64,000 nt of DNA, taken from positions 3,296,001-3,360,000 of the forward strand of contig OZ242311.1 in NCBI GenBank assembly GCA_965207885.1, read 5' to 3'. Under the pieces are notes generated by a model that searched no databases, had not been told where the DNA came from, and worked only from the letters and a program-made list of their open reading frames with translations. Shown one piece after another: positions 1 through 9,771 of this stretch (position 1 is its first letter; every line of letters starts with the position of its first letter). This stretch comes from Candidatus Latescibacterota bacterium (GTDB taxonomy: Bacteria; Latescibacterota; UBA2968). Made by a program: the position numbers and the translations under genes.

Positions 1-665
1 AAACTGCGCGTGGTCGTCTTTCCCATTGACGCATCGTATTCAGCCCATTTTGCCAACCCATACCCGACAAGTGCCACGGCTAAATTGAGCGCGACCGCCA
101 CATAAGTCGCCGTAACTACATCGTACAGACGCAAAAGATAAAACCCCGCAAACAAACACCCGCAAACAGCACCGGCAATATTGCCTCCATAAAAAAAACC
201 AAGCCACGAAACACCGCGAGGCGTTGACTCTGTCCACCGCGCTATCGCAGGCAGGGTCGCACCCATCAACACTGTGGGGAAAAAAAGACAGATCGCACAA
301 ACAATCCCCCGCAAGAAATGTCCCCAAAAGCCATAAGTTGCTACACCGATATAAATCGTGCCGATCAAGGGCAGAACGAAGAGCAAAATCAGGCCCGCGA
401 CGCCAATGCCCAACTCCAAAAGCGCATAGACCTTTAACGGATGGTAGCGCGTTGAAATAATGCGCGAAAGCATCACACTGCCAACGCACATCCCGCCCAT
501 AAACGTACCCAGTAATATGCCCAGAGAAATTGCCGAAGATCCGATAATCAGTTGCAACATCTGAAACCAGACAATTTCGTAAATGAGCGCAGCGCATCCA
601 CTTCCCACAAAGAGGATAATTAGAAAAGGCAGAAATTTACGGTTTGCGTTTATCGTATCGCTCAT
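1..665 (-). CDS. Fused MFS/spermidine synthase-type membrane protein (5' part; runs off the window start)
   Basis: Not in the ORF track. Manual translation from ATG at 665 (ATGA overlap with the upstream stop) gives MSDTINANRKFLPFLIILFVGSGCAALIYEIVWFQMLQLIIGSSAISLGILLGTFMGGMCVGS, the typical 'SG.AALIYE..W' N-terminus of this family. Confidence 0.8.
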   Translation of the reverse strand, partial: MSDTINANRKFLPFLIILFVGSGCAALIYEIVWFQMLQLIIGSSAISLGILLGTFMGGMCVGSVMLSRIISTRYHPLKVYALLELGIGVAGLILLFVLPLIGTIYIGVATYGFWGHFLRGIVCAICLFFPTVLMGATLPAIARWTESTPRGVSWLGFFYGGNIAGAVCGCLFAGFYLLRLYDVVTATYVAVALNLAVALVGYGLAKWAEYDASMGKTTTRS

Positions 666-1816
666 CGCTTTTCGTCCGCAAGCTGTCGCATCGCCGCAGA
701 ATGGCTCACACCTTCAGCCCGCAGCCGCCTGTAAGCTGCTTCATCCATCCCCTCGGGATTGAGAAATGCGCGAATATCGTATCGACCGGGAACTGCGACG
801 GGCAATTTGCCCTCTTCGATCATCAATTGCAGCGGATAGCCCATTTCCTCAAGTGGTAGATGCACAACCCGATGTTGCCGCGCCGATTCAAAAAGCGCCA
901 TCATAATCTCGACAGTTGCACGCGCCTTGTGTCCCGAAGCGCGGTGTTCTTCGCCCCCTTCTAACCAGGCGATCAACTCGCGCACAGAAGCGGCATTGGT
1001 CTCGCCACCAATTGCGCGATACCCCCCGTCTGCTACAACTTCCACATCTTCCCATCCATCGGTCGTTGCATTGAATACGCGAATCGAGTTTTCGGTCACC
1101 TCCATCAAACCCTCTGAGCCGCGAATCTGAAAATGCCCTGCCTGTTCACCGGGCCTGTTTAAATCCGCCTGAATCAAAGCCTGAGCGCCATTGGCAAACG
1201 CGACCAAACCCATACACGCATCCTCAATCGCCGTATCGCGCTCAAAGCGGTCGGTCTGCCGCTCGACAGCACCCATCACCCACTCGGCCTCTGGATCGTC
1301 CAGCACGAAACGAATGCCATCGATGGTATGCGTCGCCCAGTTGATCAACCCCTGCGCGACCTGTCCATGCACCATTATGACGTCACCGATAACCTTCTCG
1401 CGCACCAAATCCCGCGCTTTTTCCCAACCGGGCGTAAAACGCCGCTGATGACTGACCACCAGCTTTGTCCCATTTTTTTCACACGCATCCAGCATGCGAT
1501 CTGCCTCGCCAAGACCAATCGCCATAGGCTTTTCACAAATAACACCTGGCACACCGCCATTCGCCGCACCAATGGTACAATCCGGATGGAGAAGATGCCA
1601 TGTACAAACGCTGACGATATCGAGTCCTTCGTTTGCGACCATCTCCTCAAGCGAAGCATAGGCTTTGGGAATGCCAAACTCTTCGCAAAATTGCTCTCGC
1701 GCAACCGGATGGGGATCGGCAACCGCCACCATCTCTGCATTGGCAACGCGCAAATACCCATCGGCGTGACTGCGCGCAATTGAACCGCATCCAATAATAC
1801 CGACTCTGTAAGTCAT
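662..1816 (-). CDS. Gfo/Idh/MocA family oxidoreductase
   Basis: GIIGCGSIA Rossmann motif, CEKPMA motif, HQRRF, ATHTID. Confidence 0.9.
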   Translation of the reverse strand: MTYRVGIIGCGSIARSHADGYLRVANAEMVAVADPHPVAREQFCEEFGIPKAYASLEEMVANEGLDIVSVCTWHLLHPDCTIGAANGGVPGVICEKPMAIGLGEADRMLDACEKNGTKLVVSHQRRFTPGWEKARDLVREKVIGDVIMVHGQVAQGLINWATHTIDGIRFVLDDPEAEWVMGAVERQTDRFERDTAIEDACMGLVAFANGAQALIQADLNRPGEQAGHFQIRGSEGLMEVTENSIRVFNATTDGWEDVEVVADGGYRAIGGETNAASVRELIAWLEGGEEHRASGHKARATVEIMMALFESARQHRVVHLPLEEMGYPLQLMIEEGKLPVAVPGRYDIRAFLNPEGMDEAAYRRLRAEGVSHSAAMRQLADEKR

Positions 1817-1825
1817 AGCGAATCC

Positions 1826-2851
1826 TTATCCTGTTTTACGCAACCATTCCTCCAGCCACAATCCCGGATTTTCTGCACTCGCACACCTCCGCAAAACCTC
1901 AACCGTAGCTTTCAAATCATTATCACACGCCAGATATACGCGCGCAAATACATCTGTGCGCTCCCGGTAAACCCGGTAAAGAGCCATCCGCGCATTGTTG
2001 AGTTCCCACGAAGGAAATCGGGCATATAGCTCAGTCTTAAGAGGGAGAGTGCGAAACTCTGTGCGTGCGAAATCGAAAATCTGCTGGCGGAGCGTTATTT
2101 TCTGGGGAGAATCGGACTGGTAAAGTGAATCAAGGCGGGAGGCAATATCGCGCATAAATTTGAGAAAAACAACACCATCTGCACGCTCGTCAAGCACCCG
2201 ACGCACTACTTCGGAATCTGTACCGTATTTGCGCTGCAACCACATCAATGCCCCGGCTTCACCGACAAAACTCGCCAGACTCTCATTAAAGGTAACATCC
2301 CCTTCAATCCACACAGTTGCATGCGTCAACTCGTGAATGATGAGATCGACCAGATTGCCTTCGGAATAGCGCAACATAGAGCTCAATACCGGATCTGAAA
2401 ACCACCCCAGCGTGCTATATGCGCCCACTGGTCGCAAATAGGTGTCATACCCCTCAGCCACATATTGATCGCGCGCTTCCTCAGCTTTTGCGCGATCAAA
2501 ATATCCCCGGTAGGGAACCGCGCCCACAACAGGGTAAGACCACTCGAGCGGTTCGAGGCGATCTTTGGGGCAAACAACGAGATTCCACGACACCGGCCCG
2601 CGCTCGATATCGACATACGTAGTGTAATTTTTCGAGGTATTCAGACCAATTTCGCGTTGGGCAAACGCGCGAATAGCCTGCACGAGTTCCAATTTTGCGC
2701 GCTGATCGGGCGAAAGCTTTCCCGCCTCCAGCACTTTTTCAATGGATTCTGCTCGCCACAGAAGCGCGACCTGCCCTTTGAGCAACTGATAGAGATACCC
2801 GATCTCGGATCCGAGCGCGAGAATGAGCAGAAACCCAAATAGTCGAACCAT
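1826..2851 (-). CDS. Putative zinc aminopeptidase (Aminopep/PF10023-like)
   Basis: N-terminal hydrophobic segment, VPYRGYF, GAYSTLGWFSDP, HELTH...FNESLASFV (HExxH plus downstream E). Confidence 0.85.
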   Translation of the reverse strand: MVRLFGFLLILALGSEIGYLYQLLKGQVALLWRAESIEKVLEAGKLSPDQRAKLELVQAIRAFAQREIGLNTSKNYTTYVDIERGPVSWNLVVCPKDRLEPLEWSYPVVGAVPYRGYFDRAKAEEARDQYVAEGYDTYLRPVGAYSTLGWFSDPVLSSMLRYSEGNLVDLIIHELTHATVWIEGDVTFNESLASFVGEAGALMWLQRKYGTDSEVVRRVLDERADGVVFLKFMRDIASRLDSLYQSDSPQKITLRQQIFDFARTEFRTLPLKTELYARFPSWELNNARMALYRVYRERTDVFARVYLACDNDLKATVEVLRRCASAENPGLWLEEWLRKTG

Positions 2852-2860
2852 GCATAATGC

Positions 2861-3415
2861 TCACTGTTCCATGAAATAATAACAGATCATGTGTTGCAAA
2901 ATAAGATGCATATCTTCGATATGCCCCATGTGGTCAGAGGGGATCACCACGCAATGTTGAACGAGTTCTCTCAGCTTTCCTCCTTCAAATCCCGTAAACC
3001 CAATGGTGACACAGCCAACCTCGTTGGCATATCGCACCGCCCGCAACACATTTTCGGAATTTCCACTGCCGCTTATCGCCAGCAAAACATCGCCGGATTC
3101 TGCAAAATTTTTCAATTGCTCGACATACACATCTTCGTAACACAAATCATTGCTCAGCGCCGTCATCCATTCGACATTATCCGTCAGCGGAATCGTCTTA
3201 AAGCGCGTTTCGCGCCCAATTGAAGCGCCCTTGCCCATATCGTTCACAAAATGCGACGCCGTACTCGCACTGCCTCCATTCCCGATGGCGTAAATTCTCT
3301 TGCGCGCATCTCTCGCCTTGCCAAACTCGGCAATAATACGGGCTATCGCCCCGGCATCCAGCGACTTGAGCAAGGTCAAATTTTGCGCGATATAATTCTC
3401 GACAAAAACCTCCAT
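2861..3415 (-). CDS. gmhA: SIS-domain protein, phosphoheptose isomerase (GmhA/DiaA-like)
   Basis: GNGGSASTASH, ALSND, ISGSGNSENV, GHIEDMH; start moved to ATG 3415 because of the GAGGAG RBS. Confidence 0.75.
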   Translation of the reverse strand: MEVFVENYIAQNLTLLKSLDAGAIARIIAEFGKARDARKRIYAIGNGGSASTASHFVNDMGKGASIGRETRFKTIPLTDNVEWMTALSNDLCYEDVYVEQLKNFAESGDVLLAISGSGNSENVLRAVRYANEVGCVTIGFTGFEGGKLRELVQHCVVIPSDHMGHIEDMHLILQHMICYYFMEQ

Positions 3416-3426
3416 CGCAATTCTCC

Positions 3427-4284
3427 TCACGGTGACAGTGCGGCTTGCCAACTCTTATCCAGCGCGTCGTGTGTTGTTTGCACGGCATCTTGCGCCGCCA
3501 TTTCCCGCACCGACTGGCTAAAAGGCTCGGGCGACACTGGACCGTCATAGCCAATTTTTTGCAGCACGCTCAAAAAGCCAACCAGGTCAATTACGCCAGT
3601 CTCGCCCGGCAATGCTCGCTTATTGTCAATCTGATCGCTCACATCAACGCCATCGGGTGCGTCATTGACGTGAACATGCACCACATCGTCGGCAGTCAAC
3701 CCCATCAGATCCGATATGGTCCCCAAACCAGTGTACCAGTGCCAGCAATCGAGAAGCAGCCCCACATTGCCGGTGCCAATCGCCTGGCCAAGCGCGAGCA
3801 TGCCATCCATTGAGTGAATAAACCCATAAGGCTTATCAACCCGCAGAGTGCGAGGCCCGATAAATTCCAGCCCCAGGCTGCATCCATGCTCACCCAAAAT
3901 TTCGGCAATCGGCTTAAAGCGATCAATATGCCACCTGAAATTGTCGCCAAATTTGCGATCTTCAGAAGCAGATGGCACCCACTGAGCAACCCGCGTAGCT
4001 CCTACCGCAGCACCGGCAGCGGCAAACTCTGCCAGCTTTGATAAACCAGCCTTGAACTCGGCTTCATCGCCTCGCCAATTCACAGACAAACCCCACGCGC
4101 CTATTCTCAAACCGGCATCGGCAAACAGCCCTTTCACATGTTCTGCACCATGTGTATTGACCAGAGAAGTAATCTCCTGAATACTGGGATCAACCCCCTG
4201 AAATCCAGCGCGTTTGGCATAGCCGATTAGCTCATCAACGCTTCCCCTTACACCAATAGCACCCGCATTGAGACTTTTAAACAT
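3427..4284 (-). CDS. Sugar phosphate isomerase/epimerase (xylose isomerase-like TIM barrel)
   Basis: GLEF, LLLDCWHW, HVHVND, RALPGETG, SPEPF metal motifs; ATG 4284 with AGGAG RBS. Confidence 0.85.
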   Translation of the reverse strand: MFKSLNAGAIGVRGSVDELIGYAKRAGFQGVDPSIQEITSLVNTHGAEHVKGLFADAGLRIGAWGLSVNWRGDEAEFKAGLSKLAEFAAAGAAVGATRVAQWVPSASEDRKFGDNFRWHIDRFKPIAEILGEHGCSLGLEFIGPRTLRVDKPYGFIHSMDGMLALGQAIGTGNVGLLLDCWHWYTGLGTISDLMGLTADDVVHVHVNDAPDGVDVSDQIDNKRALPGETGVIDLVGFLSVLQKIGYDGPVSPEPFSQSVREMAAQDAVQTTHDALDKSWQAALSP

Positions 4285-4310
4285 CGAATACTCCTTTATT
4301 TTATGGGACA

Positions 4311-5402
4311 TCACACCTGGACTCTGTGCTTTTCAACCATCTCGGGATTTAATTCAACGCCCAGCCCTGGGCGATCATTGATATGAATGCGTCCATTCAC
4401 AATCTCCTCACCGGGAATGGTTAGATCTTTCCGCCAGGGAACCTCTCCCCATCCATATTCCAGAATGAGAAATCCGGGCAAAGAAGCCATCGCATGCACG
4501 CCAGCCGCGATCACAACCGGGCCAAAGGGACCGTGTGGCGCAGTGGGCAGTCCCCAGGCGTGGAGCATATCCCCTATTTTTTTCAGCTCACCAATCCCGC
4601 CTACAACCGTCACATCGGGCATGGGAATATCCATGCTGAGATTCTCCACCACCTCAACCCAATCCCGCCGTAACCCCCGCTGCTCGCCTCCCGCAATCGT
4701 CAATCCACATCCTTCTTTTACGGCGAGACAATTATCGAGACTCGCTTCGGGTGTGGGTTGCTCAAACCAGAACAGATTGACATCGCGCAACGCATCCGCC
4801 ACCTCAATCGCGCCGCGAACCGTGAACTTACTGTGACAATCCACGAGCAAATCGACCTCTGGACCTATGATTTCGCGGACCGCCCGCATACACGCAATTC
4901 CCCTTGCAGCGTCTCTGGCATTGTCGGCACCGCGTACCCCGTCAAAAGGGTCCAGCTTGACCGCATCAAACCCCTCTGCCACTGCAGCAGCGGCATTTTT
5001 AGCAAACCCTTCGGGTGACCGGTCCGTCGTCGCCCGATTGATATTTGCATACAACCTGATCTCGTCTCGACATGCACCCCCCAAAAGCGCGTGAACGGGC
5101 ACATTGAGCGATTTGCCCAAAATATCCCACAATGCCTGTTCAAAAGCACTCAAGGCGAACAATTCTACCTTTGTGCGCTCTGTGCTTGTATAGCGCGAAA
5201 CAAAAGCTTCAATCCTTCTCGGATCGCACCCTTTGGCCGTTTCACCCAGATCGCGCAAAGCCGCCAACTGCGCCGCATAATTGCTACCCGAGCGCATCTC
5301 CCCTATTCCCCGGATGCCCTCATCTGTAAGCACATGTACAAACACCCAATCCCCCCGGTGATTGACACGCACGGCGTCGAGTTCAATACCTGTAATTTTC
5401 AT
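4311..5402 (-). CDS. Mandelate racemase/muconate lactonizing enzyme family (galactonate dehydratase-like)
   Basis: WVFVHVLTDEGIRGIGE, ALWDILGK, KLDPF, DCH, FEQP, GGE, PHGP, PGLGVE. Confidence 0.85.
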   Translation of the reverse strand: MKITGIELDAVRVNHRGDWVFVHVLTDEGIRGIGEMRSGSNYAAQLAALRDLGETAKGCDPRRIEAFVSRYTSTERTKVELFALSAFEQALWDILGKSLNVPVHALLGGACRDEIRLYANINRATTDRSPEGFAKNAAAAVAEGFDAVKLDPFDGVRGADNARDAARGIACMRAVREIIGPEVDLLVDCHSKFTVRGAIEVADALRDVNLFWFEQPTPEASLDNCLAVKEGCGLTIAGGEQRGLRRDWVEVVENLSMDIPMPDVTVVGGIGELKKIGDMLHAWGLPTAPHGPFGPVVIAAGVHAMASLPGFLILEYGWGEVPWRKDLTIPGEEIVNGRIHINDRPGLGVELNPEMVEKHRVQV

Positions 5403-5424
5403 TCCAACAACTCCTCGAAAAAGG

Positions 5425-7371
5425 TTAATCCGAAAACGGAATGCTATGCCCCTGCCCCGGAAACCAGATCATATCGACGACAAAGGAAATGCCAGCCCCT
5501 ACAAAATGCCCCATAATAAGCCCGATAAAAAACGGCCGACCAGTGCGATAGGCGCGAATGCCGCCAAGCCGCAAAACAATAGACTTGATCGCCCAGGCGA
5601 GAAAAATTGCAAAAATGACATTATTCACAGGATAAACCGGCCCGGCAGCAAACCCAATCGGATGCAGCGGCCACCACGAGACTCGATAGCGCAAGATCAT
5701 AAAAAGCAGTGTCACTACAGCACCAATACCCATATACATAATGGGCAGCCACTGTACCGAAAAGGGATCTTTCGACTTTTTGACCAGATTATCCCAGGGA
5801 AACCGCGCGAGACCCCCGTGAAAAATACCCCCGTAATTTGCGGCGCCATTCAAATAACCCATATAAATCGTATAGGCAAATGTAGCCACCACCCCTGCGG
5901 CCATCGCCAGAACAATGGGAATAATCAACCTCCGCTGATTGACCCGAATAGTATCGTAAAGCTTTACAGAATGGGCAAGCGCGGGCATGATCGTGGTTTT
6001 GGTATCGCTGCACCAGGAATACGAAAGCGCGATAGAAACCTGCGTCTGCTGCGAAAGCACATCCGAACCCATCACAAACATGGCAAATGGTTGCGGCATC
6101 AGGGGTGCGCGGATAGAAATCAGTCCGGTCTCTGCAATAACCCGCGTAATCCCCAGATACATAACCAGAGCACCAAACAGAAAAATCGGGATATACTTAA
6201 ACGCCATGCCCGTTGCCAAATGCCAGACAATCAGATAGGCAGAGCAGGCTATAATGCCAAAAACCGCTGTGCGATAAGAAACGATCTCATCGGAATCGTC
6301 AACCGAATCATCGCGATAAAATGCCTTGCGAAAAACCCCGTGCAAGTGCCCGCGTGCCATCCAGAAGCCCACGAGCACCACCACAATAAACGCCCCCATG
6401 GATTGCGCACCCATCGCCAGCGGTCCTGTGGAATACTCTTCATCTGTACCAGCTTTTAGGCCAAAACGATTAAAAAAGCCATTTTCCAGATTGGTCAGAA
6501 CATTGAACACCCACAGACTCAGCGAAATATCCAGGTTGATAAAATACCCAAAGCCCACAACCATTAGATATAGCCGCACGGGAATAGGGGGAAATTCGCG
6601 CCCAAACTGAATACTCGCAAAGCGCCAGGGGATCGTCGGAAAAGTCGGACTAAAATAGGAAATGACATTCCACAGGATAATACACAACGTAAGACTGAAA
6701 CCCGCCCAGAACAACGGATTATTCATAATGGGAATTGGAAAAAAGCCCCGCCTATTGTCCTCTTCCATCACGGCTAAAGGCATTTCCATCAGCGGATAAT
6801 CAATGCGCTCGTGCTCAATCCACTGCTTTCGCAGAATAACCATTAAAAAAAGGCAGCAGCCATAAAAAGCTGCAATCACAGTCATCCACCAGAACACGGG
6901 CACAATCCACGCATCCCACGGCACGGGAACTCTGCGCGGTAGCCCTTCAAAAAACCATCGCAGGGGTTCGCCCGCGGGCAGGATAGACCACTCTAGCAAA
7001 TAGGGTTCGTAATAGGTCGCCCACTGATTCTCAGGTGTTGCCAGATAGTACGGCACCGTAAAATTGGCGATCAATTTTCCGACAAAATACGTGGGCATAG
7101 TCGCGCCAATCAGTGCCATAGAAAACATGACAATAAGCTCGCCCCTACTCAGCTTGAGCGGGCGCAAAAGCACGAGCGCGATCACAACAATGGGGAAAAC
7201 AGCAGCGACTGAAAGGTGATTTTGGTCCAACCTCGTAGTGTGAAGAATAAATCTCGCGTAAGACCCGGCAATCGTCGCCATCACCGTGAGAAAAGTACCC
7301 AAAACGAGTGCGCGGAGTGTCACGGCAGGCCTGACAGATTCGGGAATGCTTACTTCTCTTGCTAAAGCCAC
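5425..7371 (-). CDS. Multi-pass membrane protein, DUF6785/DUF6784 (OPT-like transporter) family
   Basis: RKQWIEHERIDYPL, RVIAETG, WWPLHPIGF, PFFIGLIMG; many TM helices; GTG start with AGGAGG RBS. Confidence 0.8.
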   Translation of the reverse strand: MALAREVSIPESVRPAVTLRALVLGTFLTVMATIAGSYARFILHTTRLDQNHLSVAAVFPIVVIALVLLRPLKLSRGELIVMFSMALIGATMPTYFVGKLIANFTVPYYLATPENQWATYYEPYLLEWSILPAGEPLRWFFEGLPRRVPVPWDAWIVPVFWWMTVIAAFYGCCLFLMVILRKQWIEHERIDYPLMEMPLAVMEEDNRRGFFPIPIMNNPLFWAGFSLTLCIILWNVISYFSPTFPTIPWRFASIQFGREFPPIPVRLYLMVVGFGYFINLDISLSLWVFNVLTNLENGFFNRFGLKAGTDEEYSTGPLAMGAQSMGAFIVVVLVGFWMARGHLHGVFRKAFYRDDSVDDSDEIVSYRTAVFGIIACSAYLIVWHLATGMAFKYIPIFLFGALVMYLGITRVIAETGLISIRAPLMPQPFAMFVMGSDVLSQQTQVSIALSYSWCSDTKTTIMPALAHSVKLYDTIRVNQRRLIIPIVLAMAAGVVATFAYTIYMGYLNGAANYGGIFHGGLARFPWDNLVKKSKDPFSVQWLPIMYMGIGAVVTLLFMILRYRVSWWPLHPIGFAAGPVYPVNNVIFAIFLAWAIKSIVLRLGGIRAYRTGRPFFIGLIMGHFVGAGISFVVDMIWFPGQGHSIPFSD

Positions 7372-7435
7372 TTAAAAACCTCCTTCTTACCTTTCTGACC
7401 GCCTAATATAACGCCTTACGAGGGTGCTGCCACAC

Positions 7436-7611
7436 AAAAAACGCCCTTCTCCCGATTCGGTGATCCCAACACAGGGATTCCTACTTGAGAGAAGGGCACA
7501 TGACCTCGAGTCACCCTTGCCCGAGACCATTAAATAATAGAATTATACTGAGTAATACACCTCAGTGCATGCTTCGTTGTAAATATCAATATATTTGTAA
7601 CATTGTGTCAA
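7436..7611 (-). ncRNA. Candidate structured small RNA or leader with its own promoter and terminator
   Basis: TTGACA at 7611-7606; hairpins ACTGAG/CTCAGT, GGTCTCGGG/CTCGAGGTC (G-U pairs on the minus strand) and GCCCTTCTC/GAGAAGGGC followed by a U-run. Confidence 0.4.
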
Positions 7612-7623
7612 GAGAAAACGTAT

Positions 7624-8586
7624 TCAATACCCCTTATTTTTATCGATCACACTCAGCATATCTTCCCCATTCAGAAAACGCCGCAAGTTTTCGCAAAACA
7701 GATTCACAATGCGATCCTGTCTATTGGGAGACCCTCCCGCAGTATGCGGTGTGATAATAACATTGGGCATATTCCACAACGGATGATCATCTGGCAGTGG
7801 CTCTTGTGGCGTCACATCTAACCCCGCCCCGGCAATCTGTCCGGTTTCCAATGCCGCAACCAGCGATGCGTCATCCATAATTTTACCCCGCGTGACATTG
7901 ACCAGAAGCGCGTGACTCTGCATCTTTTCAAATGCCATGCGGTCAAAAATCCCGCGCGTTTCCTCTGTCAACGGACAGCAGACCACCACGATGTCAGACG
8001 CGGATAAAAGATCGTAAAAACGATCCATCTTCCAGCAGGCCTCTACACAGTCTGGCACCTCGACATCTTCTGGATCAACAGCTATAATTCTCATGCCAAA
8101 CGCATGCGCTCGGATTGCCACATGGCACCCCGTGCCACCCAACCCCACAATCCCCATTGTTTTATCGATCAATTCCCACGATGCGTGGCGAATGGGCATA
8201 CGCTCATTCCAATCAGCCGTTCTGATCGCGCGCGCAATTCCACGGGTCAATCCGAGCAAAAGAGCCATCGCGTGTTCCGATAAATGAACGCCCACAGTGC
8301 CCTTTGCACTCGTCAAAATCACCTCACTATGGACAAACTCGGCATACATCATGCCATCGACGCCCGCGCCCCAGGTCTGCACCCACTTCAAGCGTTCGGC
8401 GCGTTTGAACATATCGCGGCTCATACCCCCAAAAATGATATCAATTTCGGGCATAATTTCCAGCGCATCATCACTTGAATCGGGGATAATCAGGTCGATA
8501 TCCCCAGCCGACGATTGAATCTGCACCAGGTGGTGATCGTCCAGGCGATCGTTAATCAATACCTTCACAACTGCCTCCTGCATCAA
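7624..8586 (-). CDS. D-2-hydroxyacid dehydrogenase
   Basis: GAGVD, GIVGLGGTG, CPLTEET, NVTRG, AGLDV..EPL, ITPHTAG. Confidence 0.92.
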   Translation of the reverse strand: MMQEAVVKVLINDRLDDHHLVQIQSSAGDIDLIIPDSSDDALEIMPEIDIIFGGMSRDMFKRAERLKWVQTWGAGVDGMMYAEFVHSEVILTSAKGTVGVHLSEHAMALLLGLTRGIARAIRTADWNERMPIRHASWELIDKTMGIVGLGGTGCHVAIRAHAFGMRIIAVDPEDVEVPDCVEACWKMDRFYDLLSASDIVVVCCPLTEETRGIFDRMAFEKMQSHALLVNVTRGKIMDDASLVAALETGQIAGAGLDVTPQEPLPDDHPLWNMPNVIITPHTAGGSPNRQDRIVNLFCENLRRFLNGEDMLSVIDKNKGY

Positions 8587-9479
8587 GTAGATGCCAACTC
8601 AAATTTTTCAACTGTGGTCATGCGTTTGCGCCGATGCAACGCAACGTGATCGGGCCAAACGCCATAGTCTCGATCAGAGCCCGTTTCCCGATCCAGAAAG
8701 AGCGGAAATTCACTTGCTGCGGGCTTGGTCCTCGCATATCCGCCATTGTAACTTCGCATAATAATGCGCTGTTCGCGGTTGAGCGTGGCGAGCCAATCGG
8801 GATCGCATTGGTGCCTGTCCGCTTCGCAAATCCACGACGGACAATAAGCCAAAAAGATATTCTTTCTCACGATATCCGTATTATTGGGCGCCACGCGGTG
8901 CCAGGTATTGCAGTGCATAAACGTCATCGTGCCGCGCTTTGGACAAATTACTTTTTCGCCGGGAACTTCATCATGGGTATCGTAAAAATCGAAATACTGC
9001 CCCTTATGGCTGCCGGGCATATAGACAAAATTTCCCATATCCGGCTCGGGAAGATCAGTCAGCCAATACGCCACTTTGATTTGTATGGGCAAAACCGGTG
9101 AAAAAACGCCATAGGGCAAAGCGCGCGCGCCATCGGGATGCCATTTGTTGCGACTCGTATCACGAGGGCGCAAGAAAAATTGAGAAATATGGAGCTTTAA
9201 CAATTCGCCATACACATCGTGCATAAAGCCGATATGCCGGGGGTGATCGATCAACTCGGCAAATTCCGGATACCGCTCCACAATATTGTTTGGACCAAAA
9301 AATTTCGCTGAATCGTATTTTTCACTGCGGGTAGCTGCAGCATCCATCATCTCGATATAGCGATCGCATTCCTCGTCTGTCAGTGCGTCTTCCACAACGA
9401 GCATGCCATCCTCTTGAAATTCGTCCCACTGATCCCGCGTAAACCCCGGCGGTGCCACGCGATATTTCTGTTCTGACAT
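8583..9479 (-). CDS. Phytanoyl-CoA dioxygenase (PhyH) family Fe(II)/2OG dioxygenase
   Basis: WHPD (HxD), YWLTD, PGSH, distal WH. Confidence 0.88.
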   Translation of the reverse strand: MSEQKYRVAPPGFTRDQWDEFQEDGMLVVEDALTDEECDRYIEMMDAAATRSEKYDSAKFFGPNNIVERYPEFAELIDHPRHIGFMHDVYGELLKLHISQFFLRPRDTSRNKWHPDGARALPYGVFSPVLPIQIKVAYWLTDLPEPDMGNFVYMPGSHKGQYFDFYDTHDEVPGEKVICPKRGTMTFMHCNTWHRVAPNNTDIVRKNIFLAYCPSWICEADRHQCDPDWLATLNREQRIIMRSYNGGYARTKPAASEFPLFLDRETGSDRDYGVWPDHVALHRRKRMTTVEKFELAST

Positions 9480-9538
9480 GCCAAATCTCCTCTATTATCC
9501 GACACAAATAATCAATAATGGGTTTCATAACCTATCTT

Positions 9539-9567
9539 AACATAATGCAGATAGCTTCATGAGGCAA
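9539..9567 (-). promoter_or_regulatory. Putative sigma70-type promoter of the phyH operon
   Basis: TTGCCT-N17-TATGTT on the minus strand. Confidence 0.45.
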
Positions 9568-9736
9568 GATGCTATCTGACAAACCCGTAAAATCCAAGTT
9601 CTTTAGACTTGGGATATAAGGGCTTAGAATCCCTGCTTTCGCAAGGACATGCTTATGGGGCAGTGCTTTAGCGCGGCGGCATATCGCTCAAGGCGATATG
9701 GGCAGTGAATCAACAAGATTCGTCCTTTAGTTTTAC

Positions 9737-9765
9737 TTGACAAAAATGGCAAATAAGTGTATATT
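9737..9765 (+). promoter_or_regulatory. tnpB promoter (probably a leaderless mRNA)
   Basis: TTGACA-N17-TATATT, ATG 6 nt downstream, no RBS. Confidence 0.6.
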
Positions 9766-9771
9766 TTTATT

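Noticed and set aside
40-597. 185-aa minus-strand ORF in the track
   Set aside because: Wrong frame; the real gene is the MFS/spermidine synthase-type frame starting at 665.
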